From the NCBI RefSeq assembly GCF_902459465.1, contig NC_047064.1, forward strand, positions 19,096,001-19,160,000: DNA of 64,000 nt, read 5' to 3'. This document shows positions 1 to 14,628 of this stretch, piece by piece (the first letter of the stretch is position 1; every line of letters begins with the position of its first letter). The stretch is from Asterias rubens (taxonomy: Eukaryota). Made by a program: the position numbers and the translations under genes. The notes under the pieces were generated by a model. The model was not told where the DNA came from, ran no database searches, and saw nothing but the letters and a program-made list of their open reading frames with translations.

Positions 1-616
1 TCATCACATTTCCTATCCATCCTGTTATTTGCACTTTTGGATGAGTAATAAATAAATAACATAAAAGTAAAATTAATTATGTAGAAGATTGCTTAACCGC
101 AAAATTAGCACTAATAACAGGATAAATAGGAAATGAGAAGAACTAACTAACTTGTACAAAAAAAGTTGTAAGTGTAGGTTTCTTATTCTCATCTGGAATC
201 ATTTACACAATGTACTTCACGGCACTGGACACTTTTACTCAAAATAATCATTAGCATAAAAACTGCCTTGGTAACAAGCAATGGAGATCTCGCTGTTTAT
301 AGTATGAACAATTGTGAGAAATGGATCCCTCTGAAATTACATAGTATTTGAGAAGGAGGTAATTTCTCACTCAAATAATAAAACACTTCAGCTGAAGCCT
401 GCTATTAAGCAGCTGACAGCACACAAATTTGTGGAACAAGGGTGTTTTCTTTTTATCATTATTCTCTTGCAACTTCGATGGCCAGTTGAGTCCAAATTTT
501 CACAGAGTTGTTTTTTATGAATACGTTGGGATACACCATGTGAGAACAAAGGTGTCCAGTGCTTGTAAGTGTTAATCATTTCATTAATGGTTCGTCTTGA
601 CATGAAACAAACAAAC

Positions 617-926
617 CTGAAGCAATCTCCTGTTTATCAACGATTGAAATATCCTCCAGATCCAGAAGTTGGATGCGTCGGTCTGGCGTCACAGCAAAGT
701 TATCAAAGCTGAAATCAGCCAGTATGACCATCCAGTCGGGACTGGCGTGCTGGAAATCGTGAATCATCTGAAAGATCTGTCTGGCGAGATCTGCCCGGAT
801 GTCCCAGGACGCATTGCGGTACTCGCTGAGAGGTACGCCGGCTTCCGCCACTACGATCATCCGACCGCACTCTCCCAGGTAGGCAGGGAAATACTTCTGG
901 AGTTCTGGAACCTTCTGCTCAAAGAA
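617..926 (-). CDS. DIPK2A: DIPK2/DIA1-family kinase-like gene, coding exon 3 (kinase C-lobe); gene continues beyond window start
   Basis: Acceptor ttttcttgtctttatag| at 927-928, donor G|gtttgt at 615-616. Translates FFEQKVPELQKYFPAYLGECGRMIVVAEAG...WDIRADLARQIFQM...LADFSFDNFAVTPDRRIQLLDLEDISIVDK, matching the DIPK2A pattern YLGACGR...DLAWQL...DVSFDNFAV...IIVDAE. Family is recognised; exact orthology (2A, 2B or DIA1L) is not resolved. Confidence 0.9.
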
Positions 927-1019
927 CTATAAAGACAAGAAAAAAAGTGACTAATTTTAGTTCAAAAGATTAGTAAAAAAGAGGTTGCTCCAAGAATTCT
1001 TAAAATCTTTAAGCGTTCA

Positions 1020-1230
1020 GGTTTAATAATAAATAATAATAATAACCCGTTTTTTATATAGCGCTTTTCACACCCAAAGGGAGTCCCAAAGCGCTTCACA
1101 TTATTATCCCTCGTCACTGGGTCTTAAATCACTCCTTAAACCATCTCAGCTCTCTGATGGGGAGTATGCAGCCTGTGCTACATTAACATGCGCTACTCAG
1201 CCAAATCAATCACAAGAACCATCTTTGCAA
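1020..1230 (-). mobile_element. Probable 3' end of a CR1/L2-type LINE or SINE
   Basis: (AAT)n tract followed by tatatagcgcttttcac...aaagcgcttcaca, a typical L2/CR1-type tail pattern; not verified. Confidence 0.4.
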
Positions 1231-4200
1231 TTATAGTTTACTTTTTAACCAACAGTAATTGCACATAGGCACAAGAAAGGGGAAAAGTTTTGAAAAGATG
1301 AAAAGTGTTTGAAAAGGGGAAAGTACCGTCATTCAATGTGAACACTTTATTGAGTGGAAACTTCTAGGTTAGAAGAACATAAATAATCATTTCTCCTTTG
1401 TCTAATATATGGTGTTCCTAGTGTTCACAAAAGGTAGGCTTATTTGATGAAGGGTGAAATCACTTCACAATGCTTTTTCTGTTAACTTTCTGCATGATTT
1501 GAAAAACACAAATCCCTCATTAATCTTAATCTCCTATCCTCTATCTGAACTGGACTGAAAGTCTTTCCCCCGTGGGTCCTTTCAGGAATACCTGACTCTT
1601 TCAATTCTAAGGAGATCAATCTTATCTGGTCCAAGACTGTAATAAATTCTGTATAACAATGTCTTAGAAAAAAGATGGTTATGCAGGACTTTTTTCTTAA
1701 GTTGCTGCATGCATGCTTGTTCCAGCTCCTTTTCAACAAGTGCATTCTACCAGAACAGTTGTTAAACCTAAAACTGACTGAAATTAAAATAAAGTCTCTC
1801 AGAAACTGCAGGATAATCGAGATTGACTGCAGAAGACCTTTTGTCGGAGATGACCGATCGCTCGAGCTGAGCTGAACAGGAAATTACGGTAGGCAAAAAG
1901 CCTCTTCTGAGAAACTTTTCTTCCTACTCAATAACCTTCCAGCTGTGACTAATAAAAGACCATCTTAAAGATCCAAAAGACTACTGATCCCTTGACAGAC
2001 TCAAGATAAATGCAGCTTAACTTATTGAACATTACAACAGGTGGTACTAGTCCCTTGAAATCAATGACAACTTTCTCAGACACCTTTTTCTTTGGCTCTA
2101 TCTGTTGACAAGAAATGGTTCTCTTCTATCTGTCACAGACAGGGGGTTGAAGTTGATTACAAATTTACCACACAATAAGTACAATAACCCATTCAGTGGA
2201 CAAGGGCAATGGTTGATCATTGATGTCTCTAACCAATTTAGGAGGTTAGCTTTGTGATGTCATTGTAGATTACTGGATCATCACAAGCTGATTAGAGCAT
2301 TAGAGGATTAGCATCTTTTGGTCTGCTGATCACTTTCCCATTCAATGATCCAGCACAGACAGATTAGTCCTTTTTTGAAGGGAATCTACAGGGCCATGTT
2401 CCCCCAGGGTGTGGGACTGGAATGGCATCTCATTATCTCCAAATATCTGTCTTGCCCACCACTCTACCATCCTTAACTTAAACATTTTAGCCCTATTATT
2501 AACCCTGTATGTTTCATTTTTGAAAGGGCAAGGGCACCAAGGCATTTTCCTCCTTGGTAAAGGGCACCTTATGAGAAAACTGTAAATTTCTACTGCAACA
2601 TTTCAAGGCACATAGGAAATGACCGGAGCATGGAGACAATCGCCTACACTGCCTCCGTAAAGTATTGTTGCCTTACATACAACAACAATTTAGCAGGGGT
2701 CCCATGCTTTATTTCAAAATGGTTATGAAACTTTACAAGTTGAACTTTGTGTCAAAGGTCCCCAGTGAAACATGTTCAAATTTCCGGTCCTTTATGGACA
2801 GTTAAAACATTGTTTACCTTTCACACGAGATGCGTTTTGTAAAATTTTGCAACCATGCTAAAAAATAAGCAAAGGGCCCTTGCTAAATTGATGTCGTCTG
2901 AAAAGGGCTTAAAGCCCGGTTTATACTCCCTCGAATGCAAATGCAAAGCATGTTTTGACGTCACATGGCTGTTTCCGTAGTGAATGTTTGGCAGGAGTTG
3001 ATCACAGCTCAACTGTTGCAAGCTACTCTTTGCAAATTTGATACGTCAAAATTGTATTGCATTCTCATTCGCAGGAAGTATGAACCAGGCTTTAGAGTTA
3101 ATTTTAGTCGACCTGGTTTCTCATTTTGTTTCTTCAACTCCTTTAAATGACCTCGGTCCTCAGCAAGATTTTAGTTTGGGATCTCCGCTTCCCTAGATCA
3201 GGATATGAGCTACATGTAGTGTAGGAAACCGGAGGGTATCCCATCATCAATTAAAAAGATCTTGGCAAGTCACTAATCCTTTCGGACTTTCGGACTTGAG
3301 GAGTATAAGTGCTTTCACACCCCATTAATGTTCTCTCTGACAACATCCTTGGGGATCCAGTGGGATCAGCCACTTCCCTCAGCCATAGAGCAAGGGCAGA
3401 GACCCAGACATCTTGCAAAGTATCTAGGAATGAGCTTCAAGAAGTAATTGTTTTAGATGATTAATATATACTCGTGCTACAGCTCAACCCACTTTGAAAA
3501 ACATATCTCCAGTGAAGTTTTTCATGTGATTTTCATGTGTCATGTGACTTTTTCCAATTTCCAGGCACTGGACACGTTTAGTAATAATTATTGTCAAACA
3601 CCAGTAATTCTCACTTGGTGTATCTCAATATTTATGAAAAAATAACAAACCTGTGAAAATTTGGGCTCAATTGGTCATAAAATTTGCAAGAGAATAATGA
3701 AAGAAAAACACCCTTGTTGCATTACTTGTGTGCTGTCAAGTGCACAATAAAAGGCTTCAACTGAAGTCTTTTACTATTTGAGTAAGAAACTACCTCTTTT
3801 TCAAAAACTACATTACTTCAGAGAGAGCCATTTGTCACAGTGTGTTATACTAACAGCTATCCACTGCTCATTGCCAAGTAGGTTTATATGCTAACAATTG
3901 TTTTGAGTAATTGCCAATAAAGTCCAGTGCCTAGGCCTGTTCTAGACAAAATATAACCTTGCAGAAATGAGCGGCCTCTTACAGCCTGATGAGTCAGACT
4001 ACACAGTACAGTCATTATTGAGAACACACCATCCTTCATTCTAAGAATAGTTAAGCAGCAGATCAATCAACAAGAAAGACATCAAATCCTCAAAACAAAA
4101 GTTGATGACAAGTTGAGAGCTTTTACAATTTCTATTTTGGTATGTTGTTGTGTCATTGAAGATTCCAACGTTTTCCAGCTTCAAGGTTCCTCAGAAAGCA

Positions 4201-5581
4201 GAATGCAAGAGCCACCTTCCTCTCCCCAAAGTAGAATTGTCAACATGCATTATAACATACTGTTCAAAAAATCCTATTCAAAATGAAACATAGAATACAC
4301 TTTTTTAAAACAGAGTTCAAAAACTGGCTTCAACGAATGCCTTTAAATTAAGGATAACAACTGAGACTTCAAGTAGCGATTGGTAAACAACTGTTCACTA
4401 GGGTGCAACAATATCGTGGTAAACATCATGCCCAAACGATATACCCAATAATAACGCAAGCTGGGGCAATAAAGTAAATTTGAATTTACTCATGACTGGT
4501 TGTAAACCTAGCAAACTTCCCCTCAACTGTTGTGGGAAGAAAAACATCATTCAGCATACAACCTTATCATCCAAGTACACTTAATTCCATTGAACAAGCT
4601 GGGTTGTACTTCTTTTGAATGATTTCAACAGGCATAGCTGTAGCATTTGATTAGCTCAAATTAACTCTTTGCACAAAACTATTTTAATTTGTTGGTTGGA
4701 TTACCTAGAGGAATTTTTTTCTAAGATATGTTGCTATAATCATAATTGTTTTTTGGGAAACGAATACCACTTGGTAATGTTTTCACTGGACTGCAAAGGT
4801 GTTAGAAAGTGAACACTTTGCAAAGACCTCTGCCTGTAGATAACTTTTTAAATGGGGCGAGGCAGAATTTCAGAGGGAAGAAGTAGGGCAGAAATCATTG
4901 AGACACAGGATATACAAATTATAACCATTGATCTTTGCACAAAAATATTTTACTTTTGCTAAGAATGCTAACGGGTAATAGTTTTATTTGTTGTTGTACT
5001 TTGGGGTACTTGGAAACTGTAGCAAGTTAGGGGCCTACAACTTGATAAGGTTGTCACTAGACTGAAGACTGTTATTAGATCATATTTTAGCCACTGCCTA
5101 GATTGACAAAAACTACAGCCTAGATCATAATGGGAAGGAAGCATGGAGCTAGTAATAAGGTGGAACTGGATACTCCAACACCAATGGCCAGTGTTTTTAA
5201 CCCATATGGGAATGTTATTGCATGAAGTTGCCCATGGGGAAAAATTTGCAATCATAAGGCATATTAAGTTCCATTTCCTGGTTGGGCCCTCAAGGGCTTC
5301 CTATACTGACCCTATTGGTTCTGGTTGTTCATAAATTAAGGTTCTACCACCCTCATGGTCCCAGGGGCTAGATAATAGGATCAGTTAACACCTGGTTAAT
5401 GACCTCGGATTGACCTTAAACGGCTCAGGACAAGTCTCTAAATAGCCAATTACTGGATTATTGTAGTGACAGATGAGATAAACGCTGACCATGCTTTGTA
5501 ATACTGTGGCTATTTTCTCCACTGTAAAACAGCAGACAAATTTTATTGAGGTTTACGTAGGCTTTAATATCTTAGTTATGG

Positions 5582-5956
5582 TTAAAGGAACACGATGCCT
5601 TGGATCGGTCGAGTTGGTCTTTAAAAAGTGTTTAAAACCGTTTACTATGAAATGCATAGGGTTAGTAGGTATTTTAAAAGTAGAATATAATGATCCACAC
5701 AAGTATCACTCGAAATTGCGTGGTTTTCCTTTGACCTCGTCGACTAACAAGGTTGGCCATTTATGGGAGTCAAATTTTTGACTCCCATAAATGGCCGACC
5801 GTGTTAGTTCGTAAAGTAAAAAGAAAACCACGCAATTTCGAGGCAAATTTGTGTGGATCATTGTATTCTACTTTTACAACATCTTTCTAACCATAAATTG
5901 TTACAAATGCTTTTTAAAGACCAACTCGACCAATCCAAGGCAACAGGTTCCTTTAA
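5582..5956. mobile_element. Family B palindromic MITE, TTAA-flanked (Kolobok/T2-like)
   Basis: ttaaAGGAACAC...GTTCCTttaa; the two arms are near-perfect reverse complements. Confidence 0.85.
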
Positions 5957-6681
5957 GTCAAAATTCATTTCACAGGTTTGTACATAAAATAACAAACCTG
6001 TGCAAATTTTAGATCAGTTAGTTGGTCATCAAAGTTGCGAGATAGTAATGAAAGAAAAAACAACCTTGTTGCACAAAATAAGTTTGCTTTAAAATGCCGG
6101 GAAAAGGCTTCAGGCCTGAAGTCTTTTCATATATGAGTGAGAAATTACCAATTTCTAAAAAAACTAAGAGAGAGCTGTTTCTCACAATGTTTTACACTAT
6201 CAATGGCTCTCCATTGCTAAATACCCAGTGTCAGTGCCTTTTAAATGAGTGTGTAAGTCAGCCACTCAGAATCCAATCCAGCTTGTTCTGAACCGGGCTG
6301 AATTCATCTTTCTGTAGACTACTGTGATAACAAAAAATGCCATTCTTTGCACTTATCATTTGATAATGGCATAATGCACATTTATGGACATAGCTTTGTG
6401 TCATTTTCTAAGCAAAATTTAATATCAGATGTATGCCTAACTGTTCATAAAAGCAAACAGTTTACCACAAGCATGATTAACTTTCCTGAATCGGCACTTA
6501 AAGCCCCCCTCCCCCAAATAGAAATGATTGCCCACTCAGTTTACTAAAGTAATAAAGTTTCTCATTATCTGGAGAAAGGGGCGTGTGTGTCTAGCAGGGG
6601 CTTATGGATACAGATAAAAGCATGCCGCTGGATAAAGTGTAAGCAACCAAGCATTACATGTTGCCCTACTTATTAATCAGG

Positions 6682-7068
6682 TTAAAGGAACATGTTGCCT
6701 TGGATCGGACGAGTTGGACTATAAAAAGCGTTTTGTAACCATTTGTTATAAAATGCATATGGTTGGAAAGATGTTTTAAAAGAAGAATACAATGATCCAC
6801 ACATATTTGCCTCGAAATTGCATGGTTTTCCTTTAACTTTGCGAACTAACACGGTCGGCCATTTATGGGAGTCAAAAATTTGACTCCCATGGCCGACCGT
6901 GTTTGTCGACCAGGCAAGAGGAAAACCACGCAATTTCGAGTGATACTTGTGTGCATCATTATATTCTACTTTTAAAATATCTTTCTAATCACATACATTT
7001 TATAACAAACGGTTACAAACGCTTTTCAAAGACCAACTCGACCGATCCAAGGCAACGTGTTCCTTTAA
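6682..7068. mobile_element. Family B palindromic MITE
   Basis: Same TIRs and TTAA flanks as 5582-5956. Confidence 0.85.
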
Positions 7069-8728
7069 CTGTACAACTTTTAAAACACCAGGTCTGAAAT
7101 TACTCGTAGGCTAAAGATAAAGAGGCTTGTGTAGTCAGGCCTCTGCCGAAATTAGTCTGGTTTTGACTGTGATTGCCCCCATAAATGTCCCCCCCCAAAT
7201 TTGTGATTGCCCCCATAAACTGGTTGGTCAGGGCACCTTTGGTTATTAACTCCCTCCAGAAGTCTGCCAGTCTGACTCACTGATTAAATTCAAGAAACTG
7301 TTGAACACTTAACTGTTGTTTAGTGTTGATTCTTTATTTACCTACATTGTATAGGAGATGTGCACTTTATGTATTATTGTTATAAATGTGCCCATGATGT
7401 AGAAGTTGAATAATTCTCAGAAAAAGTTTTGTTTACTCTTAGTCCTGCCCATGATACAATCTTATATCTTTTGGGGCATGTTTCTTTCCTCAACACTTAG
7501 GGTTTATCTTACAAACACATGCAACTGCATTTTTTCCTGAGTTTGTATATTCACTATAAACACCATATTGCAGCCAAGGCTGGAAATGACTTGTTGTTTT
7601 ACATAGAACCAATTTTCTCTGTAATCAAAACACCGAAAACCAAGCAGCAAGAACATGGGGAAGATGATGAAAGAAAAGATCCAGGTTTGGATACTAAGAT
7701 GAACTACAGCCTACAAAAGTGATGGTGATGTGTGGCGTGTGTATCATGTCTATGCATTCAAACCAAGGACTTAAAAAAAAAAAAGGCATAATATGGGATA
7801 AGTCACACCGAGGACGTCCTTGATTCGATTTCGTGTACAAAACCTATGGGGACGTCTTAAACAATGGGAGAACAAAGAGAAGTCCTAGGTTGACACCATA
7901 AACGTGTCATCTCAAGTAGCCACTTGTGTCACCAGAGTAAACAGAGTGAATTTTCACTGTATTACCTTATCTTCCATTAGCCCTTTTTTTTACCCACCCA
8001 CGAGTACGTCCCTCTTCACAAATTTACAAATCTATAGAGTACCTCTCTTTATTAAATGGATCTGACAAAACTAATTATATGCTATAAATGCTGATACACG
8101 ACCACTCAATGTGGGCTTGTGAAAACCTACAGCAGCCAGCATATCAATCGCTGATCTGGACAACCCAAACAATAAGCTTTGTTACTCCGAATTCCTAAAT
8201 CTAACTTTAAAAAGGAAAAAAATCCCAACAGTTAGACAAGTGGTTTCAATACGGGCTCTTTATAGAATGAGAATAAACCAAAGTACGGTGTACACACGCT
8301 GATGACAAGGATCACATACTCTAAACAAAGATACAGAAAAAGCTTTATACAAAGCTTTATTTTTTTTTTTAAACAGCACTCTCGCTGAGAAATACCTCCC
8401 ATTGGAATCCAGTTAACTCAGTTAATTGCTCCCTGCATATATTTTCTATCAGGTGATTCTGAGCTATCACAATAGATGGAATGGAGGTTAGTGTCCCATA
8501 TGCTTGTTCAGCACAAGATGAATTCATGTACCACACCCTATGTTTTGACAAGCCTTTTGTGCCTCTGTCCAACCCCTCTCCACTATTCTCACCAAAATCT
8601 TATTTATGGCCTACCCTAGGTATGTATATTGTTGCTCGCCAGCTCTTCTTGGAATATCTACAACAATGCATCCTCATACATTCTTAAAATAGAGCCCTCA
8701 TCAATGAACCACTCCATGCCTCCTCTAG

Positions 8729-8917
8729 ATGACCAAACTTGTTGATGCCCTCATGCAGGCCTGTGTACACTTCGTTATTGAAAAGCCAAGGACACCAAGT
8801 AAATCTATGCCACACCTTCTACGATGCCCAGCCCTGGAGGAGCAGTGCTGCCCAGATGATCTGATGGCAGCAAACGAGATGGCTGTGAGATGCGCCCAAT
8901 CCTGGCCAAACATTTGA
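8729..8917 (+). mobile_element. Possible decayed C-terminus of a non-LTR retroelement ORF
   Basis: MPHLLRCPALEEQCCPDDLMAANEMAVRCAQSW resembles the HLLxC...C...DL...N...A...W C-terminal Cys/His region of RTE-like ORFs, from memory. No RT domain was found. Confidence 0.3.
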
Positions 8918-9330
8918 ATTAGAGTAGAGGATGGACTCCAAAGAAGACCAAGTCATTTTCGCTTTGGTAAAGGGTACCCTATGAGGAAATTGTACATTTC
9001 TACTGGGGCATTTGAAGGGCACCAAGGCAATGACCAGGGGGCACATAGGCAATGGTCTTTGTTGCCTCTGCGAAGTATAAGGCCTGCAGATGTGCATCCA
9101 ATCTTCTCAATATAGCCCAAGAATGAATCTGTTCCTTGGCCACCACGCCCTCCCTCTAATGTACAGCAGTAAAGCAGACTTTTAAACAATTCCATTGTAT
9201 AAGTAGTCCTGCTAGTCATTGCTAGACGTTCTGAGCATGCACACATTAAAGAGAACATGGAACAATGAATTTCTGGTATTTTTAACTGTGCTGCCACCTA
9301 GCATCCCAAAAGCCACCCATTCTCAGTTTA

Positions 9331-9459
9331 GGCCGTGTCCGAAACGGTGACTTCGGCTACAGCTACATGTACATGAGCGTCTGCCAGTGCTGAAAAATAG
9401 GAAGACATGCGCGATCTAGCCATAGCTGTAGCCAAAGTCTCCGTTTCGGACACACAGCC
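9331..9459. mobile_element. Family E ~130-bp hairpin MITE (Harbinger-like)
   Basis: GGCCGTGTCCGAAAC TIR; lies ~50 bp from the DIPK2 exon-2 donor. Confidence 0.8.
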
Positions 9460-9507
9460 TAAGTCTTGGTTCTTAAGAACCAGGGTGCTGTCAAGTGAGC
9501 ATTTTAC

Positions 9508-9649
9508 CTTGAGTAGTAACCCTTCTGGGTTCAGGAGAAGTGATGTCATAAGGGTAGCCACCTCAGGGGAAGTTTCTCGGTTCCACCTGCTCAAACCGTA
9601 CACCTCCTTCAACTCGCCCATAAATCGATCACTGGCACACAATGCTATG
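9508..9649 (-). CDS. DIPK2A: DIPK2/DIA1-family gene, coding exon 2
   Basis: Acceptor ttttcctttcag|C (phase 2, completes AGC with exon 1), donor AAG|gtaaaa (phase 0, matches exon 3). Encodes IALCASDRFMGELKEVY...LMTSLLLNPEGLLLK, equivalent to DIPK2A 'HCPSQRLL...LLTLAFNPEPLVLQ'. Confidence 0.88.
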
Positions 9650-12600
9650 CTGAAAGGAAAAAAAAGAGTTAGAAATTAATAATATTAACCCCATGGTTTA
9701 GTGGTTTTTATGGATTGTTATTCCAATATAGGTGAACTCTTTCAGCTAACCCATAAAACGATCACACACAATGCTATGCTGAAAGGAAGAAAAGGCGGAA
9801 ATTAATAAAATTCAACCATGGTTTCTTTGGTGGTTTTTATGGATTCTTATGAATTGACATATCCTCCTCCCATTATTTATGACCTTCTACCACTCGGTAT
9901 TAATAAATGACTAGGAATTTGTGGAATATGGTTCAGGCCCCATGGGCTGGATGCCACAATAAATATCTTCCATATTTACCGATGGATTGCACACTCCCAA
10001 GACAGTCGCAAAATAATGAACTTTATTGATCTGGGTTCACAAAAACTTCCACATACTCTATTTACACGAACCATTTTCAGAGTTTAAGGTCAAAGGAGCA
10101 TAGCATTAGTTTTGAAAGAAGTTAATGCATTTACCATAGAAATATGAGCACAAATTTTGTGATCTATCTAAGGTACAAATCCTAGTCCTGTAACCTATCC
10201 CTATTTTTAACATGAACTCAAAGTTTTCTTGAAAAACTCTCATTTCACATATAGTACTCATTTCAAATTGATCCAAACAGCTAAGATGTAGAACGAAGAG
10301 CCTTTCCACATAATGCATCTCTTTGTCCCCATTTAACAATCAAATTAGACTGTAAAGAGGAATATCAATTCCCACCTTCAGCTTTTCGGGTTTATTTTCA
10401 TACTATTGTGTTCTTCTTGTGAATTGGTATTGAGCCTTGCTTGAGACAAACTTCCACTAACATAAAATATAAAAAATGACCTTTAAAGTTGTAATATATA
10501 AACAGGCCACAGATTCAAAGAGAGGGAAACGAAATGCAAATCCTGCTTTTCATGGCAAATTCTAACGCAACTTTAGATTTCAGAAATCCCTTTAGTTCAC
10601 TCAGAAAAAAAACTTTCTTTTCAGTGGATCATAACCTAGAAGTCACCATTGTCACTTTGCCATTGATGGCAGGGGTGATCGCATGACATCAAAAGGCCCT
10701 CGGACAGAAACCCACTCCTCAATTTCCAAAGTATTTTATTTCCGGAATGAGACACAATCAACAAATCCCTGTCAAAGAATTAAATCTTCCTTAAAACCCT
10801 GTGAAATTTGTGACCTTCCGAAATAATTCGCTCAGCCTTTGAAAAAAAGGGTCGAGTTAATAATCCAATTACACAATAGACTTGGCAGGTGTGAACAGGT
10901 CACTCTCTGCTCAAAATACAGTGCTGTGCTGCTGTGCTCAATCACAGAGTTCTGTTAACTTCTGTGGTAATTTCCTTTCCCCCAAATGGATGATCACAAG
11001 CTACATGTAAATGGTTAGCGTCAACACCTGCCACAAATATTGTATGGTCAGTCCGTGGGCAGATTGACAAGAGGTAAAACCAGGATCTGAAAAAAGAGTT
11101 TGGGTGTCAAAATTTGTGGAAAAGTTTTCACAACTTTTACATGTAGCCTAAATAATGGATAAAGTGGGACATGATCGAAAACCCAGGGCCGAACAAACCC
11201 AAACGATGCCCAGACACCCCTCTGGCAAACACCTCGGATTGAAACACATTTCACTCATGAACACGCTATAAACTAGAATTCTAGAGACATTGACCCAGAG
11301 TGTGAAATGTTTGCACAGGAACAAAATCACAACATCGTCTTATAAAATAGCAATTTTGATCATCGCATGAGCTGTAATATCAGAGGTGTTTTTTTACCCA
11401 AGATCTACCCAAGATCTGTGATTTAAAGATCTGTAGATTTATAGTGTATAATCACAGACCATGAACTTCCCTCTTGAAGTTGAAGGGCCAATTTCTCTCT
11501 GGTATAGGGGCACTTTTATGAGGGAAAAAGTAAACTTGTATTGAAACTTCGCAAAGGGCGCACCAGCAAAAGCACAGGGCACCACGACAATTGCTGTGGG
11601 TTTCGTCGGCTTTTGTAGGCCTGTAATCTCAATAAAGTAACTGGTGTGAAATTAGATTGTCTGCCCATTATTTAATTTTGTTTGCAACATTCATGAGGAG
11701 AATTGCATGTTCCATGTATTACCTGTGATAGTCAACTCAAATGAAGGTGTCAAATACATTCCATAGTCTGTCAAACTAAAATGTCATTATCCATTTTTTC
11801 CCCACCATTTACTATTCCCCTTTGCCCTGAATGATTTTATTTGTCACTTTAAATTCCCTTCGGTGAAGGTTCACCACCCTTTGTCAAAGAAAAGCACACT
11901 TATACCGACAAAATGTAACTACACAGCACCAAAAAGAACTTTTGTAACAGTGGGTTTCCCACAACAATGGATCACTTAAATTTAATGCCACTCCACAAGA
12001 TATTAGTCAAACAACCCCACAGGGACGTCTAGCTCCCATGCTCTGAACCAAAATCAGTCTAGAATCCAGGCGATAACAAAAAAGTTATGTTTCAAAAGTA
12101 ACCATGGCAACTATTGTTCTCTCAAGTACAAGTTGTCGAGACCGTGGCCTGGGTTTTACTATTTTCACATAAGCCCTCTGCGATTTTATTGTTTATTTAG
12201 TTGTACACTTGATGACTCACTGTGTGAGAACCCAGGCAAAAAAATTGTTACCCAACAACATTAATTTGAGTCAAAAGCTGGGCCCCAGAGCTTAACATTC
12301 TTTTATTCCTGTTCCAATGTTATCTTACCGGTAATCTGGAATGCGAATTGTGTAGAGGTCTAAAGGGGATGAAAACCCACTTCAAATACAAAAAATTACC
12401 AACTTGGCTGTCCATTTTCAGCTTGACAATGGTGGCTGGCTGGATTATTTATACATTAGTAATTCTGGGTGTTCTTAGAATCCATAAACTGAAAGACAAT
12501 CCTGCTATAAATCTTACGTCAAGGAAGCTGTACAAATAAAAAGATTGTCAACCACATCCCAAAAACAGAACCATTTGTGGCTAGCTAGAGCTTGTTTGTT

Positions 12601-14499
12601 GTTTTAACTACAATTACATACACACCCAATGTAATGACCTTTGCAGCTCCGCATTCTACTTAAAAGTATTTATACACAGAAATCTGCACTATTTGAAGGT
12701 GAAATAGAATAATATCCTCATAAAAAAGAAAGGTTTATTTTTGCAAAAAAAAAGAAATAATATCTAGAAAGACATTTCACCAATTAACAAACTCAATCAG
12801 TGAAATAACTAGCCAGGGATAATGTGTTAACACTACTTGAAGGAAATGTGACTGACGTACAGAGCCTGTGAAAAAACATCTTTGTGTAAAGCAACTTTTA
12901 ATTTCGTAGTGAACAACGAAAAAATTTCTACCAGCACAGTACAATTTGAACTCCAGCTTCCAGATATACAAGAGCAAGTGAAATTACAAGTACAATTCTA
13001 AAAGACCAAAGGGATTGTAGTTGCTCAAAATGTTTACTGGACCGGAATATTACTTTACAAACAAGACCACAATCTTCATAAGAAAGACCTTTCTATGTAA
13101 ATTGTTTCAGTTTGTATTTTCTCATTTGTGTCTTAATATGGCGAGTACATTTTGATACTCAACAGAACTGAATCGCCAAACTCAAATGCAACATTTGAAC
13201 ATCAATCTTTCTGTTAAAAGCAATACACAGTGAGGAGTTATTTTTCAATTGAAAAACACAAACAAGACTGCCAGACTTGTTAGGTTATGAGGTTACTGGC
13301 CCTGGGCAATAATCACTGGCCCTGGTTCTGGTGTCAAATTCAGGCCCTAAGGGCGGCTACTTGTTATCTCAATAATAAGCAGGCAGTGCTGTACTAATGA
13401 AATATTTATGGGAAGTATTCATTTATTTATATTGTGGTGGGATGGGATTGATTGGAACCTTCATGTAAAGCTTCTGTTGTACCATCCCGGACAATTGTAA
13501 CCCTAATGCCTTTAATTGTAGCATAGAGAAAGGCCTTTAAAATCCCCTGGCACAACAGATCCAGCCAGTATTGTGTACTAAATGTTACCTTTCTTGGTAC
13601 TCACTTTCCCAAATCAATAGGTTGGTCCCCAGGGCATAAACCTTTGAGATCCTTTGGGTGTGGCCAGTTGGTAAATAATCCCATCATCCGGAAAAACAAG
13701 AATGGAAAGTAGAGTCACCTACATGAAAAGTATTGTGCCTAGTCTGACATTGTCTGTGCCCTAAGAAATGGGGTTTGTTAGTGTTATAAATTACTCCATG
13801 GCAAAAGAAATTTCCTGTCATTTTCTGACATGTCTATCTTCTTCTCATGTGTTTTTTTCTCTGTCCAAGTCTGTCAATTCCAATGAAGCAGGTTTCCCAG
13901 CCCAGAGGGTTACATTGTCACTAATCCCTTGTCAATTAACCTCGGTGAATCAGTTGATGTAAACCTACTGATGAGACACAGACGTTTCCTAAGCACACAC
14001 ACACCCAAGGGGTCATTCAACCCACTTTCCCTACCTCCCAAGCCCACGCAATTCTAGATCTCCTCTCTGGCTATTCTCAGCTTTCAACCAAACCTATTGT
14101 TTAGTCTTTGTTCCTGGACCCAATGGTCTGATTGACTTCCTTTGTCATCACCCAGTGGGGTTGTTTACAAAATACTGTAGCCATTAGAGGCCCATTGGGT
14201 CTGTTGGATCCTTAGGGATTACGGATTCCTCTGGGACATGGCCAGGGTGACAGTGGTCACTTTCTCACCACAGACATGCAGACAAATAAAGGAAGAAAAT
14301 CCTAACATGCCACAAGAAAGGAGATGTTGTAAGTGCATTTATAGAGTAAGGACAGAGATACACCTTCCCTGCCTAGAAAGACAAAATATTCGTAGATCAT
14401 CCACACTTTCTGCAGACACACACAAAAAACAGAATGAGACTTGAAAGTTGTTAAAATGTCTGTCATGTTGTGATATTGAAATGGCTGTCTCACAACTGA

Positions 14500-14628
14500 G
14501 GCCGTGTCCGAAACGGCGACTTCGGCTACAGCTACGGCTAGGGCGCCCGCGTCTGCCTATTCTTCAACACTGGTAGACGCGCTGATCTAGACGTAGCTGT
14601 AGCCGAAGTCGTCGTTTCGGACACGGCC
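14500..14628. mobile_element. Family E hairpin MITE
   Basis: Same TIRs. Confidence 0.85.
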
